NCBI GenBank assembly: GCA_002189035.1
Contig: NEEC01000007.1
Coordinates: 558,001 to 622,000 of the forward strand
From: Utricularia gibba
Taxonomy: Eukaryota > Plantae > Magnoliophyta
DNA: 64,000 nucleotides
Reading direction: 5' to 3'
The notes beneath the pieces were generated by a model that was not told the DNA's origin, did not search any database, and saw only the letters and a program-made list of their open reading frames with translations. This document shows, piece after piece, positions 43,459 to 56,304 of this stretch. Made by a program: the position numbers and the translations under genes. Numbering within the stretch: position 1 is the first letter of the stretch; each line of letters starts with the position of its first letter.

Positions 43459-44032
43459 TCAGCCGTCGAATCCGGTCTGGCTCCAGACGGCATCCCGGAC
43501 GCGGCTCATGTCCCGGCCTTTCAGGGTCCTGCCAACGCCGACGAACACGGAATTGGCTCGGCTGGCGGCGTACGCGCGGGCTAGGTACTCGTGGGGGGTT
43601 CCATCTCCGAGTCATTCGAGAAGTCATCATCCGGTTCATGCAGAGACTCCACGGAATCCACCCTGTAGATCTTGGACCAATCGGGACGTTAACGGGGGCG
43701 GACGTCGCCACGTTGAGCTGCCGGGGAGTCTTGGGCGATCGGAACTGGTGGACGATCCTTCTCGATTCTGGGTTGCCTCCCCTCGAGTCATCGAACGCCA
43801 GAGACAGCCCTCCAACGCCGCCGGGACCTTGGCGTTTTCCGGCGGCGTACTTACCCTGCGTGGAGGCGCGTGAGGTCCACCCACGGTGGTTGTCGGCGAG
43901 ATCCACGTCATCGACCATCGCCCAGACGTCGCCCTCATCGAGCTCCGCCGCGCCGCTGGATGTAAACTGGCCGGCCAGACTTCCCAAGTAACGCTCGCTT
44001 CTGCTGGTGGGGAATTTGCGACCCATGGCCAT
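43459..44032 (-). CDS. Senescence regulator S40 / DUF584 family protein, intronless
   Basis: ELDEGDVW; [14 protein letters not shown]; PPHEYLAR; [30 protein letters not shown], after restoring two 1-nt deletions (43683-43685, 43593-43598). Confidence 0.9.
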
Positions 44033-45962
44033 GGAAATGGAGGTCGCCCGCCCCGTAAAGAAAAAAACAAGGGGGAACAACAAAGCAATAACCCGCCGCC
44101 GGGATGATGACTCTTCCGCCGACCGGAGAAAATATGAGAAATTAAAAAGGTAAAAAATAAAAAAATTACAATCGTGGGGACGGAGACTCGGTTCACGTAG
44201 TTTTTAGACTCCCCTTCAGTGTGCGCGCAGTTTGCTGGGCTTGCTTATATAAAAGCAAGTGAGGAGAAATGCAGTGGGGGGCCCACAGAGAATTTCACAC
44301 GAATTTGAATTTCATCTTGTCTGAAATTCGTTAGTACCATTTGCGAAGGAGAGCTTCCATCTTTCTCTTCTCAATCAAACTCCACGCTCAAGACAAAATA
44401 CACCCAAGACAAAAAAGCTTACGTTACTACATTCCAAATCATTAAAATATTACTTCCAAAATATAATAATATGGACCTATCAAAAACTACGACTCATACT
44501 CTTGTTTTTATACGATACTCTTGTCCATTTTAAACCGTAAATTTATACTTCACTCTTTTCAATAAAAAATAATAAAAAATACTATCATACATTATTTTTT
44601 TATTTGGTTATGTTTCTAGATTTAATTATGAAGATTTAATGATTCTTTTGAAAATAAGAAAAACATATTTCTATTTTTCAAAATAAAATTCATTCGATAA
44701 TAAAACCGTTTTTGAAATGTTTTTTTTAAATCAAAAGTTATTCCATATAAATTAAATTTTAAAAAATATTTCTAATAAAATTTATAATTTTCTAAAATAA
44801 TAAATATTTCAAAATTTATATGTTTTTATTCCAATATGATAAAAACAATCGAGCAATCGGTGTGTGTGTGTGTTTTAGTGGAAGATGATTCCAACCGTGT
44901 TTCTAGAAAAAGCGGTTTTGTTTGGGCACATAAAGTACGGAGGCTATGATCAAGGTTTTATTATTTCTGAAATTGGAAGCTTCTAAATATGTAGGCCGCT
45001 TGCAAATTTTAACAACGGTAACATCTGGCAATTTTCCCGACACGCGCGTGCAGCCACGCGCTTTTACAAGATTTTTGTTTCTTTTTGCATATTGGCAAGT
45101 AAATACACATTTTTTTAAAAATAAGAAATAAGAAGATAAAATAATAATTTAATTATGAAATAATTGTGATATATTTTATATAAATTAGGGTATCTATTCT
45201 ATTCTATTTATTTATTATATGGGTTTGATTTTTGTAGAGGGCCATCGACGGTGGTGGGGCCAGAGACAAAACTTACTAACTTCTGGCTGGAAACAACCCT
45301 GGGCCCACACCCACGTGAGAAGCATAGCCTATCTTAAAAACAAACATTTAGTTCCGACACGAGACCATAGGCATAAATAAATAAACAACCCAACCCTGAT
45401 TAATCATTGGAGGGATGAATCGGAGCAATAAATGATAAAAATGCTAAAAATAGTTAAATTTCATATTAAAACGTGTCATGTTATTACCCCTTCATTTAAA
45501 GAAATTGCTTTAAATAATTATGAGGTTGGTCCTCATAACCATGGTCCCTCCCCAGCCACCAATTGAGTGGAGTGGTGGATCATTCAAAATATGTTATATT
45601 TATATAATATTCAATTTTTATGATTTTACATTTGATCTTCACTTATTTTATCAAGTAGTTATTTATCTTAAAATTATTACAAATAAAATATATCTGATCA
45701 TCACTTATTTTTTTTCTCACACATTGAGATAAAAGTGTTATATTACGAATAATCAAATTTTTACACGTATTTCTTATGAGATGACAAAATTTCGAAACAT
45801 TCTCCTTTGGTGATCGTGCATTACAATCAGCCCACGTGGTTAAAATGAAGACAACCACGTCGCCGCTTTCTTTTGACGTTGGACCTAAGAATCAAACACA
45901 TGCTAAACTAGGAAGAAATCAAATTGGATGGGCGGACTTCCTTTCCATTTCTACCAAATACG

Positions 45963-46011
45963 TTTTGGGTTTTAGGTTTAAGGTTTAGGGTTTAGGGTTT
46001 AGGATTTAGGG
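45963..46011 (+). repeat. Short degenerate interstitial telomeric array (TTTAGGG)n, about 7 units
   Basis: TTTTGGG TTTTAGG TTTAAGG TTTAGGG TTTAGGG TTTAGGA TTTAGGG. Confidence 0.85.
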
Positions 46012-46133
46012 TTGAGATAGAAATTGTATCGGGAGTTCGGGTTTGTGGAGTACTTGTTATGGAATGGTGTTGCGAGTGGGGGAGACATCTTGTTTGGTGA
46101 AGTTAAAAAAACAGGATAGAGGGTGGCTATCAA

Positions 46134-46148
46134 GTTCTGGAAGATTCC
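46134..46148. promoter_or_regulatory. Perfect three-unit heat-shock element
   Basis: gTTCtgGAAgaTTCc fits nTTCnnGAAnnTTCn. No coding start lies within 2 kb. Confidence 0.45.
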
Positions 46149-46987
46149 TCTTCTTCTTGGATCTGAATCTGGCAACCGCAAACTACTTTTTTGCACCGGA
46201 ATTTATTGGCTCCACCATCGTGTACAATTTTTACCGGCGAACACGTGAGTGTGGTGACATCCGGGTCCCACTCCCATTATTGCAGGGTTCTATGATTGAC
46301 GACACGGTATTTGTGTTATTCTCCCACATTAAAAAGACTTGTTAATAAGATCCGACCAAGATCATTCTTAACTTTAATTAATAATATATTTACATTATTT
46401 ATATACATTTAAAATAATGTTATATTTAATAAATAAATTTAATTAAAAAATGTAAAAACTTAGAAAGTTATTTGATAATAATGTATTAATATATTTAAGT
46501 ATAATTTAACTTATATATAATGTTTAATATTCAAAAATAAAAATTTAAATATATAATTAATATACATAAAAGTAACTGTAACAATTCCATTTATTTATAC
46601 TATCCATATATTCAAAAAATAAGTACATAAATACGATAATCATACAAAATTGAGAAATATATATTAATTAATTGAACAATAATATATATGTAAATTTAGA
46701 TATAAAACTTATATAACTAACTATCAAACATGCTTTTAATTTATTACAAGATAAAAGTTTTACATCTAAATCTTAACACCGTTTTCGATTTCGATTTCGA
46801 TTTGGCTATCACATGAGTGTTGTATTGTCTAGACGAGGGAGCGCATGTGGTGGCTTACCTACCATGACACTATCGTTGGTCGTGTTGTGTCTTGATGAAC
46901 TCACGAATGGCGGGCAGTGCCCCCACCTGGTACGCCATCTACCACATATCACATGGTGGTGAAGCACACCATTTCACATTCTGAGAT

Positions 46988-49900
46988 CTAACAAGCGGGG
47001 CGGCATCTCACGTCTAGCACCAGATGGCGAAGGTGCGGCGCGTACCATTTCACTCTCTCTACATGCTCCGCGGAGACGTCCCATGAACGACCTGAGAACG
47101 AACGAACAAACGAGTTGCAAAGTAGTCGAATGCAGGGAGTAGTGTTGTTTTCATTTGGCACCTTGGGAGGTGGCAATTTCAGATATGGATTGGAGAACAT
47201 GGTTCACCCATGAGGTCTCCTCGGAGTCCTTCACGTTTCCATGGATATGCAGGACTCCACCTGCGTCTCTGCAGTTGAAAGACAGTTTCAGAATCTGTGG
47301 TGTTTTTGAACTTCAAAAGGTGTGCTGGATGATGGAGGATATTGCATAGGTTAGCATACCTCAGGGCTCTGACTGCAGTGATCCAGCTACACTCGCTTGA
47401 TGGAAGGAGACCCAGGCAGACTCGATCTGCGACTCCCTGCATCAACCAGGAAACTAATACATGAGTGGCTGATAGTCCAAAACCGGGCTTTGTAAAAGTG
47501 ACCAGGAGTGAAGGAAGAACCATACTTTGGGTGCTGTATCTCTGTTGTCTCCTTCCAAGACCACACAGCGATCAGCCACATTGTTTATGTGGAGATTAAG
47601 ACGGAGTGCCTTCACCGCTTCCGAGTTCCATTCGCAGGCGTAAACCATTTTGGCATTGGCTCTGATAGCATGCATCAGGACAGAGAAAGGGGGAGATAGA
47701 TAATGAAAAGGATGCATCGTGTGAGAAGAAAGTTTCATGATTTCTGCACCAACATTTTGTGGGGGTTTGCAGCATACCTCACAAGGAATGGAAGTACAAA
47801 ATATCCGATCCCGGCGAACAAGTCGACAATGACTTCACCTCTGCAGTCAAGCCGGGCCATTCTTAGCTTCTCAGAAAGATTGCCCCAGGAGAACATGCAC
47901 TTGGTGGTGTCAAAACGATAAAGTATACCATTTTCACTGTGATCAACCCATCCATCTTTTCCCAAAAGAATCTCCAAGTTGCTGTCTCTTGTTCCTGTTT
48001 GCGCAATTCGGGCCTATAAAAGATCACAATCCTCTGTAAAAATTATAAAGCAAAATGCTGTGCAAGCTTTTTTTGAAGGGGTTACAGGACATATGAGGAA
48101 GTAACGAAAAACATACAGTGATCTGCATTTCTAACTGACCTGCCTGGCAAGACGATGAGTTCCAAGTGCCCGTGCAACAAGTGGCCAAAGCTCATCCTTG
48201 ATAGAATCCCAAACTGGATCCTTGAAAGAACCGACAGGCAGCACAGTGATGTCCCCAAGCTTCTCCCACCTGTCGAAACATGGGATACACAGATGTTTTG
48301 ACCACGCACATGTAAGCATAAATGAGTGCACGTAGTTGGTAGTTCATACAAAAAAAAAAAAGCTTCATAAAGAGCAACCTTGAAGGTATTTCTTTTAGAA
48401 GCTCCAACGACAAACCATGATTTTTCAAGAGAGTAGCAACATCCTCAGACATGACTTTGTGTGGAGTACATGGTTTTTTCCTCAGTTTGGCATTCTCGTC
48501 GAGATGCTTTACAGCTCCATATGCTGTCAGAAGCTTCAGTGCATCTGAACTGGAAATATCTCTGACCAATTTTTTCGACTTATTTGATCCATGGGAGACA
48601 AAATTAGTTAAGTTAACATTTTTGTCACCATGTTCTGGTTTATCTTCCAATAAGCTCCAGAATTGCCTAGTTATGGGAAAACAGACATACTTCCCACCTT
48701 CTAGAGAATAGGCTTTCCTTCCAAGATCTAACCACCCAAAATTTTTGAGTATGTCCTTCCCGAACTTCGCATAGTTCTTTCCTAGTCTCAAAACGCAAGA
48801 CATGGCCACCCCGGAGCACCAGATTCTTCATGTCCACAATTCACAGCACCAGAAACAGGAACCTTTTCTACACATCCATTAGGATAAACCAGATGATGAT
48901 CCTGTGCATTTTGGCCCATTGAGTGCTTCTCTTCAAAATTAGTAGGCACTTTATTCTCAAGTATAGACATCAAATGTGCCAGATTAATCTTCATTGGATA
49001 GCTGAACTTTGTGCCAAATGCATAGCATGCAGCTCCCCCACCAATTATAATCAAATCATCACCTACAACACTTGCGGTGCTGCGAATAAACAGGCCTTGG
49101 TGAGGCTTTATCATTAGACTCCTCCAAGATAAGCTTTGAATATCAAGTATGAAGAGTTCCTGGAATTCACCTAATGGACACCCTCCGAGTACAAAAAGAT
49201 GTTTTGCGTAAATAAACATCAAGTGTGAAAACCTAGATGTTGGGGTTTTCCCTTCTGTCCTCATATTTCTCCACAGACATTTTTCAACATCAAAACTGTA
49301 AAGGTCATTGAGTGCTTTCTCACCATTGTGTCCACCAAAAACATAGAAGTTTGATCCATCTGTGACTATTGAGTGTGAATGGCGAGGACCAGGATGATCC
49401 CCTATACTTTTTACCTCTGACCACTCATAAGTGTTTGTGTCAAGAACATAAAGTGTTGGCAAGATTGCCTCATTGTTGATTCCACCATACACATATATCC
49501 TTGTACTTGCAACCACTGCCGTATGTCGATGCCTAGAAAATAAGATGGAATAGAAACAGAAATAATGAAAAACAGATAAAAAGAACCAATGATAGTCAAA
49601 CAGGGGATACTAAATTGCGCTGTATAAAAAAAAGGAACATTCTGCATTTTCTGAGGTGGATCCAATTAATTTCAAGAAAGTAAATGAAAGGAGTACGTGA
49701 AGTTTATTAAAAATGGTACATCTCCTCACAATCATGTTAGGAATATTAAAAAAAAATGGGAGTAAGAGGATGTTAAGAATCCATGAAAAGCATGCCATTA
49801 ATCTCTTACCTAGGAGGGAAAAAACAGCCTGAACATTTCAAAAGCATCCACTCTTTCTTTCGATAATTGAACATCCAAACTTCATTCAATATGTTGGTTG

Positions 49901-51292
49901 GGTCGCTTCTACCTCCAATGACGTAAACTGAATCTCCTACAATGGAACAAGTATGTCCTAATCGTGGAGATGGTGGCCCTGCATTAGATATTATCTCAAC
50001 AGTCTGAGAATCTATATCAACAAGCAAAAGCTCATTTCTGCGAGCATGTCTCCCGATGCCTCCAAAGCCACCAAAAATGACAATCTGCTTCTCATTCAAC
50101 GCACACGCTGAATGCCCCCATAATGACAGTCTCTCAATATGTTCATCATCTAACTTAAAAGAAGACAGATGAACACAATCCTCTTCAAACATTCCTGCCA
50201 ATGCTTCAAATATACAACTTCAGGCCACAAAAATGGAAATGATCCTGCAGTAATACTCACATAAGCACGCACACACACACACACTGTAAGATAACTTCAG
50301 TAAATCGAATTCAAGATACAGAATGTTCATGCTTTGACAACTGTACGGGAAGACATAGCACCAAGAACTTACAAAATCAAAAAGTGATCAAGGAACAATT
50401 TCAAATAGCCGAAATGAATGAGACTCCCAACTTGAGATCAAGGATGAAAGAACTCGCTTTCTAAGTTATTTTCACTTGCCATCGGTTTGATCTTCTCGGA
50501 GAGTGCCTTCGTACTTCGTATTTGTCTCATGAACTCCGATCTCATTCTTCACAGAATCTTCAAAGCATTCCACTTTTTTCACTTCAAGAAATGCGTCACC
50601 AGCCTTGCTACACTTTTTCCCATCGACAGCAACCCCATGTCCATTAAATTCACTAGTTATCAGCTTTTGATGCAAAAGATCAGTTCTTTTCCTATTAGCA
50701 GCCATTTTCTCATTCGCCAACTCCGCAAGATATTCAACGTACTCTGGAGAAACCATAAGCTTTCTCCTTGTCCCAAGCGGTACCTCCAGTCTTATTGAGC
50801 ACCGGATTGCAATGATCACTCTCTTGCTCACGCTAGTAATGCCACTTTCCCTAAACCCGCATGATATAGCCATGGAGACCAACCACTGAGCGGATTCTAC
50901 ATTTTCGCACTCCACCGCAATAATCAACGGCTCAAACCTGAACACAACAGTATCAGAAACGCAGGACTCGGTATCAGAGTCAGCTCCTGTGGTAGACTCC
51001 CCTGGTCATTAAAAAGAAGAGCTGATAGCGCAGAAGGCTGAACAGGGTCATGTGAGACATAGAGCCAGAATCCACCCGCGGCTTTTTTCTTCACCGCCGA
51101 CGCAGTAGCGGCGGGTTGAGAGAGGATAGAAATGCGACCCGAGCAGGAGCTAGTGGTGAAGTAAGATGGATTAGAATTGATGGAATTCAGGAGAGGGATG
51201 ATGGGCTCGTCCAGATTGCCTTTCGGAGAATTATCCGGCGCCGGCGAACTCATGGAAGCGATCGCCGCCGCCTTTCTCCTCCGAAACTCCAT
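46988..51292 (-). CDS. TYW: tRNA wybutosine-synthesizing protein 2/3/4 fusion (TYW3 - Kelch - TYW2)
   Basis: TYW3: SPKGNLDEPI, YFTTSSCSGRISI, FRFEPLIIAVEC, AISCGFRESGI. Kelch repeats: LWGHSAC, IFGGFGG, PRLGHT, PRHSHS. TYW2/Met-10: WEKLGDI, TKCMFSWGNLSEKLRM, VVDLFAGIGYF-type motif (IVDLFAGIGYF), ADRVCLGLLPSSE, VERVKWYAP. Two 1-nt deletions (50999-51002, 48809-48812). Confidence 0.93.
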
Positions 51293-51672
51293 CAGTAGGT
51301 AGGAGATACTTCCAATCCTTGGGCCGTATGTATATCAATAAGACGCCCAGGCCCAACTTTTTCGCCCGCTGGCCCACATCTCCAAATCAAAACCCTTATC
51401 TAATAAAATTATATTTATTTTAAAAAAATTCAAAAAAAAAATCAAAAAACACTTTTTAAAATAAGAAATGATATAATTTTAATTTATACGTCTTCAAAGT
51501 AAAATCAATATATATATTTTTTTATATATTATGCATTTGACAGCCGATGGGAATGCCACTGTCTGATCCTAACAGCAGTCATACGTTTGTCTGAAGATGG
51601 CATGCAAGAGACTAACATTCTCATGCAGCGAGCGCATTCAGAAGCAATGCAATTGGAGACAACTCCATGGTC

Positions 51673-53193
51673 TCATGATCCCTTGTTGAGGGCCAAAGAT
51701 CTTGCTCTAAGATTCAGAAATATTGCCCTGACAGATGAAGAATCAAAAACAGCATCAAAACATGCGTCTGAAGATCCCGACAGTGATGCAGAAGCATACC
51801 AGAAGCAGGCAACGACGCTATGAACTACCACGCGGAGCTGCAGAGGCACGTACTGGTGATTCACCCACCCAACGACCGGCCAGAACTGCCATGGTTCTCA
51901 AGGAAAGGCTTAGTTTCACGTATGGAGGATGGTGGAGAATAAGGAAGGGGTTCGACTGGACTTACGCTCCAGGAGGTGTACTGCACTGTTGGATACTCCT
52001 TGCTTATCTTGGACTTTACTTGCGTCCATGGCCGCCCTGTGGGTTGATCGGGAAACGAGTGTAGAAGATCATTACAGTTTGCTGCATAGGATCATGAATG
52101 GTAGAAAGTGAACTGGGGCCGGGACTCACCCTCGATAACCAGTCCGTAGTAAAGCAGGAACAGGAAGTTGTTCCAGGGTGAAGAAGTGAGTTGCTCCAGC
52201 ACCACCTGAATTCATTTCATTTGGAAAGCAAGCAACTGAGTAGAAAAGGGCTAGGGAAGTAATGGTACAAAGGGTCCTCTGACAGGGAAGCAATACAAGT
52301 CAAAAAAACTGCACAAGAATCACCTTTTTGGCTACTGTTTTTGAGTCCTTCTTCCCCTTGAAGAGTTTCTCCAGTAGTATGTGGTAGAAGTGCCCAAATG
52401 GCCCCAGGTATGCGGCACCAAATAGCTGAGATCATAGTTGAAGATCAGGGTAAGCACTACCAACTCACCAGGCTAGGGATAACAGATAACACAAGAATCT
52501 TTGGCAGGGGATCCTTTTAAGAATTTCAACACAGATCTAAGGAGAAATAGCTTATCATTCACAGATTTCATAACAATGTTCATGGTGTGTTTCAGTAGGG
52601 AAAATTGCTCAAAGAATGTGCTTAGGAGTAAAATGGGTTACAAAATTAGAGGGGAATCCACATCCATCAGATTTTACTACTAAATGATCACCAAAATTGA
52701 AAAAAGTGCAGTACAGTACCACTTTAAAAAGCAAGCGCTTTAGCTGAAGTTTCTGAATCCCAGAGAGCTTCTGTGCCACAATATCACTTACCGCGGACAA
52801 TACACCGGCTGTTATAACCTGCAAACAAGGTTCTTTCAACATTTTATCTATGAATTAACACAGCATGAGACAACGCCCTAATCTCTCAAATATGACTAGC
52901 AAAATCTTGAATTTAATCACTTTTGTCATCCCCCCGGCTGGACCTAGTTTCCCAATCCCGATCTGGATCAACAACTCCAGTAGAATTCTGCAGTGAAACA
53001 GAAAACGAACCCAACCTTGCATGGATATTTTTCTGTAAGCAACTACATTTCATGAACATAAAAACAACACCTTGTATACCCAAAAAAATCAGAGCAAAAT
53101 ATGATACAACGAACAATCAACCTTGGTTCTCAATGGGTGCTTCTGAAGCTGACCCAGATACTCCTGCAACCCCTTCCTTGCCACCGATCCCAT
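51673..53193 (-). CDS. PMP22: Peroxisomal membrane protein PMP22 (Mpv17/PMP22 family), 7 exons
   Basis: MGSVARKGLQEYLGQLQKHPLRTK; VITAGVLSAVSDIVAQKLSG; YLGPFGHFYH; EQLTSSPWNN; FWPVVGWVNHQYVPLQLRV. Confidence 0.93.
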
Positions 53194-53372
53194 CTCGTCT
53201 TCTTCTTTTGGTCGCTCTCTCCTGCCGTTTTGGTCAAACCCAAAAAAAGTAGAGACGTGATGTTAAACAAAAGTGGGAAATTTCAATACGTCAACTGCTC
53301 GTGCTACCGGTGACCAACGTGCTGATTGGAAGATATACCAAACCCCTGAATGGTGGCCCAAGGGGACCTGCG

Positions 53373-53394
53373 TTTTTTTTTTTTTTTTTTTTTT
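53373..53394. repeat. Poly-T tract (~22 nt) upstream of PMP22
   Basis: Uninterrupted T run. Confidence 0.8.
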
Positions 53395-53745
53395 GCCGTT
53401 CAACGGTGTTGGGTTAGTGTGGGTGCGGGCGGGTACCCGCTGCCGGGTTTGAGACATAACATTCGAAAGTTTGTGCGTCATTTTCAGACAAAGCTCAAGT
53501 TCACATATAAAAGAAGCCATCTTGTCTGATTCAGAGTGTGCCCTGCTTCAACACAATCTCACAGTTAAAGACGGTTTGTAGTACTTGGAACGAAGGGCAT
53601 AATTTTGCTATCACGGCCAGAAAATACATGTGAAGCACAATGCTTGCAATGTTTCAAGACAAGGCGATCAAAACCGTCAGGCAAGCAAACAGGATTCAAG
53701 TGAAACCGCCCACCAACGCCAGATTTTCAGAAGCACATCGTTGCT

Positions 53746-55810
53746 TCATCTCATGTTACCCTCCCGCAGGACATCGATCATATCAAAGATCCGCTTATCG
53801 GTCTTTGACTTAACCTGCAAAAATTAAGGTCATCGCAAGTATACCTCGCACAAGCCACAAAGAAGTATGATGTACAACAAGAAGAGCTCAGGAGAGCAAC
53901 GGTTAAGTGGACAATGTGGGTGGCAATAACATTTCCATTGCTTCTAAGAATCTTGAAGGGGAGTAGTACCTTCTTTGCTAGAAAAAGTATGGCATCAACA
54001 GTGCCCTCGGCATAGATTGATCTCCCACATACATTGTGTTGAAACTCGAAGGCAACACTTCCTCCACAAAAAATAAAAAGTGAGCAAATGACTAAGATGT
54101 CAAGGTGTGCATATTGTGGCTAACGAGTATTCAGAAGCAGTAATGAAAGCAGGCAAAGGTCTTACGTTCCATCAGGGGATGTTAGATGATAGGTGTGGAA
54201 TGCATGTCCAGATAAATGCTCCTCTGGTACACCCACCTTCTCAATTTGTTCCTTAGAGTTTCGTACAAGTTGAACCTGGTAGCATTCGTTTGGAAATGGC
54301 AAAATGAAATATTTGTGAGCAACAGATCAACTACCATGGTTTTAAACAAAGATGCTGCAATAATTAAAAGATCATAAAACATATCGTCTAGATGTAATAC
54401 AAGGCATAGGAATGCGAGATGAAAAGCATAGGCTGTTAACATCCTTTGACAAAAACACTAAAAATAAATTTGTGGGTAGAGACTTTGCCGAGAGAAATCT
54501 TGGCATATTGCAAACTGATTCCATTAATTCATGAGATACCAAAACATGAATATTAACAACACACCTGGTCTAAGTCAAACGAGACGCCCAGTTTCTGGAA
54601 ACATTGTATGACGGCCTTAGCAGTTCCAGAAATGTCCAGCTTGCTAGCTTGATGTGATTCCATCACCTGATCCAAATGATACCAGAAAAACGATTGGTGG
54701 ATCACTTTAGAAGATAATCAAAAATTGACAACGGCTTTGCATACTACGAGAACAAGTAGCCCAGTCACATAAAAAAAAAAAAATCAATCCCAGAACGCCT
54801 CATGATTAAAGCAATCTTGCAAATACATTGTTAAACCTTACTTGCAGGTTATATCCAGAAAATGCGCCAGGAAATTGTTCTGCCATAATTTCCATAGTTG
54901 CGAGAAATGCTACCACCTGTGGTTTTAATTGCATACTATGAACAACATGAATGTAAAACTCAACATTTAAAGGCTGGCATTCAGGCACCTGTTTACCCAT
55001 TTGGGGAGATATCACAGCATAAGTTCTTGATTCATCTACAGTTTTATACAAAAGATCCCTATCTCCTCCAGTTGTTCCCATCACAAAAGGCACTCCAAGT
55101 TTGCAATACAAAGCAGCATTTTCTGTCAGAATGAAAAACAACAAGAAATGTAAACTTCACTTGCGGATGTTTAACAAATGTCGAAGAGATAATTACTGCC
55201 ACAGCACAACAAGTTGCACATGCAAAAATATCATTCCATATATCAGTGGCCTCACCATTCACGGCTGCTGGAACTGTGTAGTCTACTAAAATTAGATCTG
55301 GGTATTCTTTAATTGCAGAAAAAAGGACAGATTCCCTATCACCAGGTCCATGTATTTCAACATGTTTCTCTCCAAGATCCAAGATCTTTCCCGAATCTTC
55401 TGAACCGCCTAACGCCACAGGAACAGGGTGCAGGCCAGCAGATATCGCTGCATCTAGAACAGCTTTCCCCATTTTTCCTGTACACCCATTCACCTGAATA
55501 AAAAGTTTCAATTTTGTTCCTACCAATTAAAACCACATTACAGCAATGAGGGAAGCAACCAAAGCACAGCCGGATTTATCAGGGCTCATCCTACCATAAT
55601 AGGTATTCCAGATTTATTAGATGCATGCACAGGTGCATTCCTTGGAGAACCTACTGCAGCGGTGGACATTACGATGAACTGCCGTCGACACTTTGAAACA
55701 CGACAACTTAAATTACTATCTACAGGTCCGATTCTTGACGGATAATGCTCATCCGTTCGAAGACTTGCATAACTGGCAAGCAACTGGGCTTTAGCAAATG
55801 CAACCGCCAT
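53746..55810 (-). CDS. DAPB: 4-hydroxy-tetrahydrodipicolinate reductase (DHDPR), plastid
   Basis: Transit-peptide-like N-terminus; VNGCTGKMGKAV; VDYTVPAAVN; GVPFVMGTTGGDR; SPQMGKQVVAF; VPEEHLSGHAFH; FEFQHNVCGRSIYAEGTVDA; IFDMIDVLREGNMR*. Confidence 0.92.
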
Positions 55811-56304
55811 CCGTAAAAGATTTTCTGCTTGCTCTTTAACCGGCAAAGGGCGATGGCGGGCGACAACTCACAACCGAGCAGAAACTCGCTCCCCCCCTGA
55901 AAATGGGCGCCACTCCCGCTATTACAGTTGGGCTTTTTCATGCGTATTTGGGCCTATTTGGGCTTTTTCCAACACTTTTTTTTAAATTGTAGCTAATATT
56001 TTTTTTTAAAAAAATATTATTTAAATAAAATTTTAAAACACTACTTTGATTTCATCAAAGCCAGCCATACAACAGGTTGAAATTGTTTCACTATGAACAC
56101 CAATCTTCTCAATAAATCTGCATCTGATCATTTATAAATCTGGTCATCCTAACACTGTATCACATACATTATGTTAAAAAAATACATTAAGAATGATCAA
56201 ATTTCTAACATAATAGTGAGAGGATATCAGATTTCTAATACACTCCAGATTCTCAAGCTGATACTCAGCAGTTTGGTGGTGATCCTGCTAAGAGCTGGGA
56301 AGCT

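Noticed and set aside
43199-43991. Long plus-strand ORFs (224 aa and 193 aa)
   Set aside because: Antisense shadows of the GC-rich S40 gene.
45900-46340. Telomerase RNA gene (telomeric repeat plus a TCCCACAT USE-like motif at 46322)
   Set aside because: A TR template is about 1.5 repeats, not 7. The USE-like motif points away from the repeats and has no properly spaced TATA.
51587-52111. Plus-strand ORFs of 60-109 aa
   Set aside because: They overlap PMP22 exons on the opposite strand and show no homology cues.
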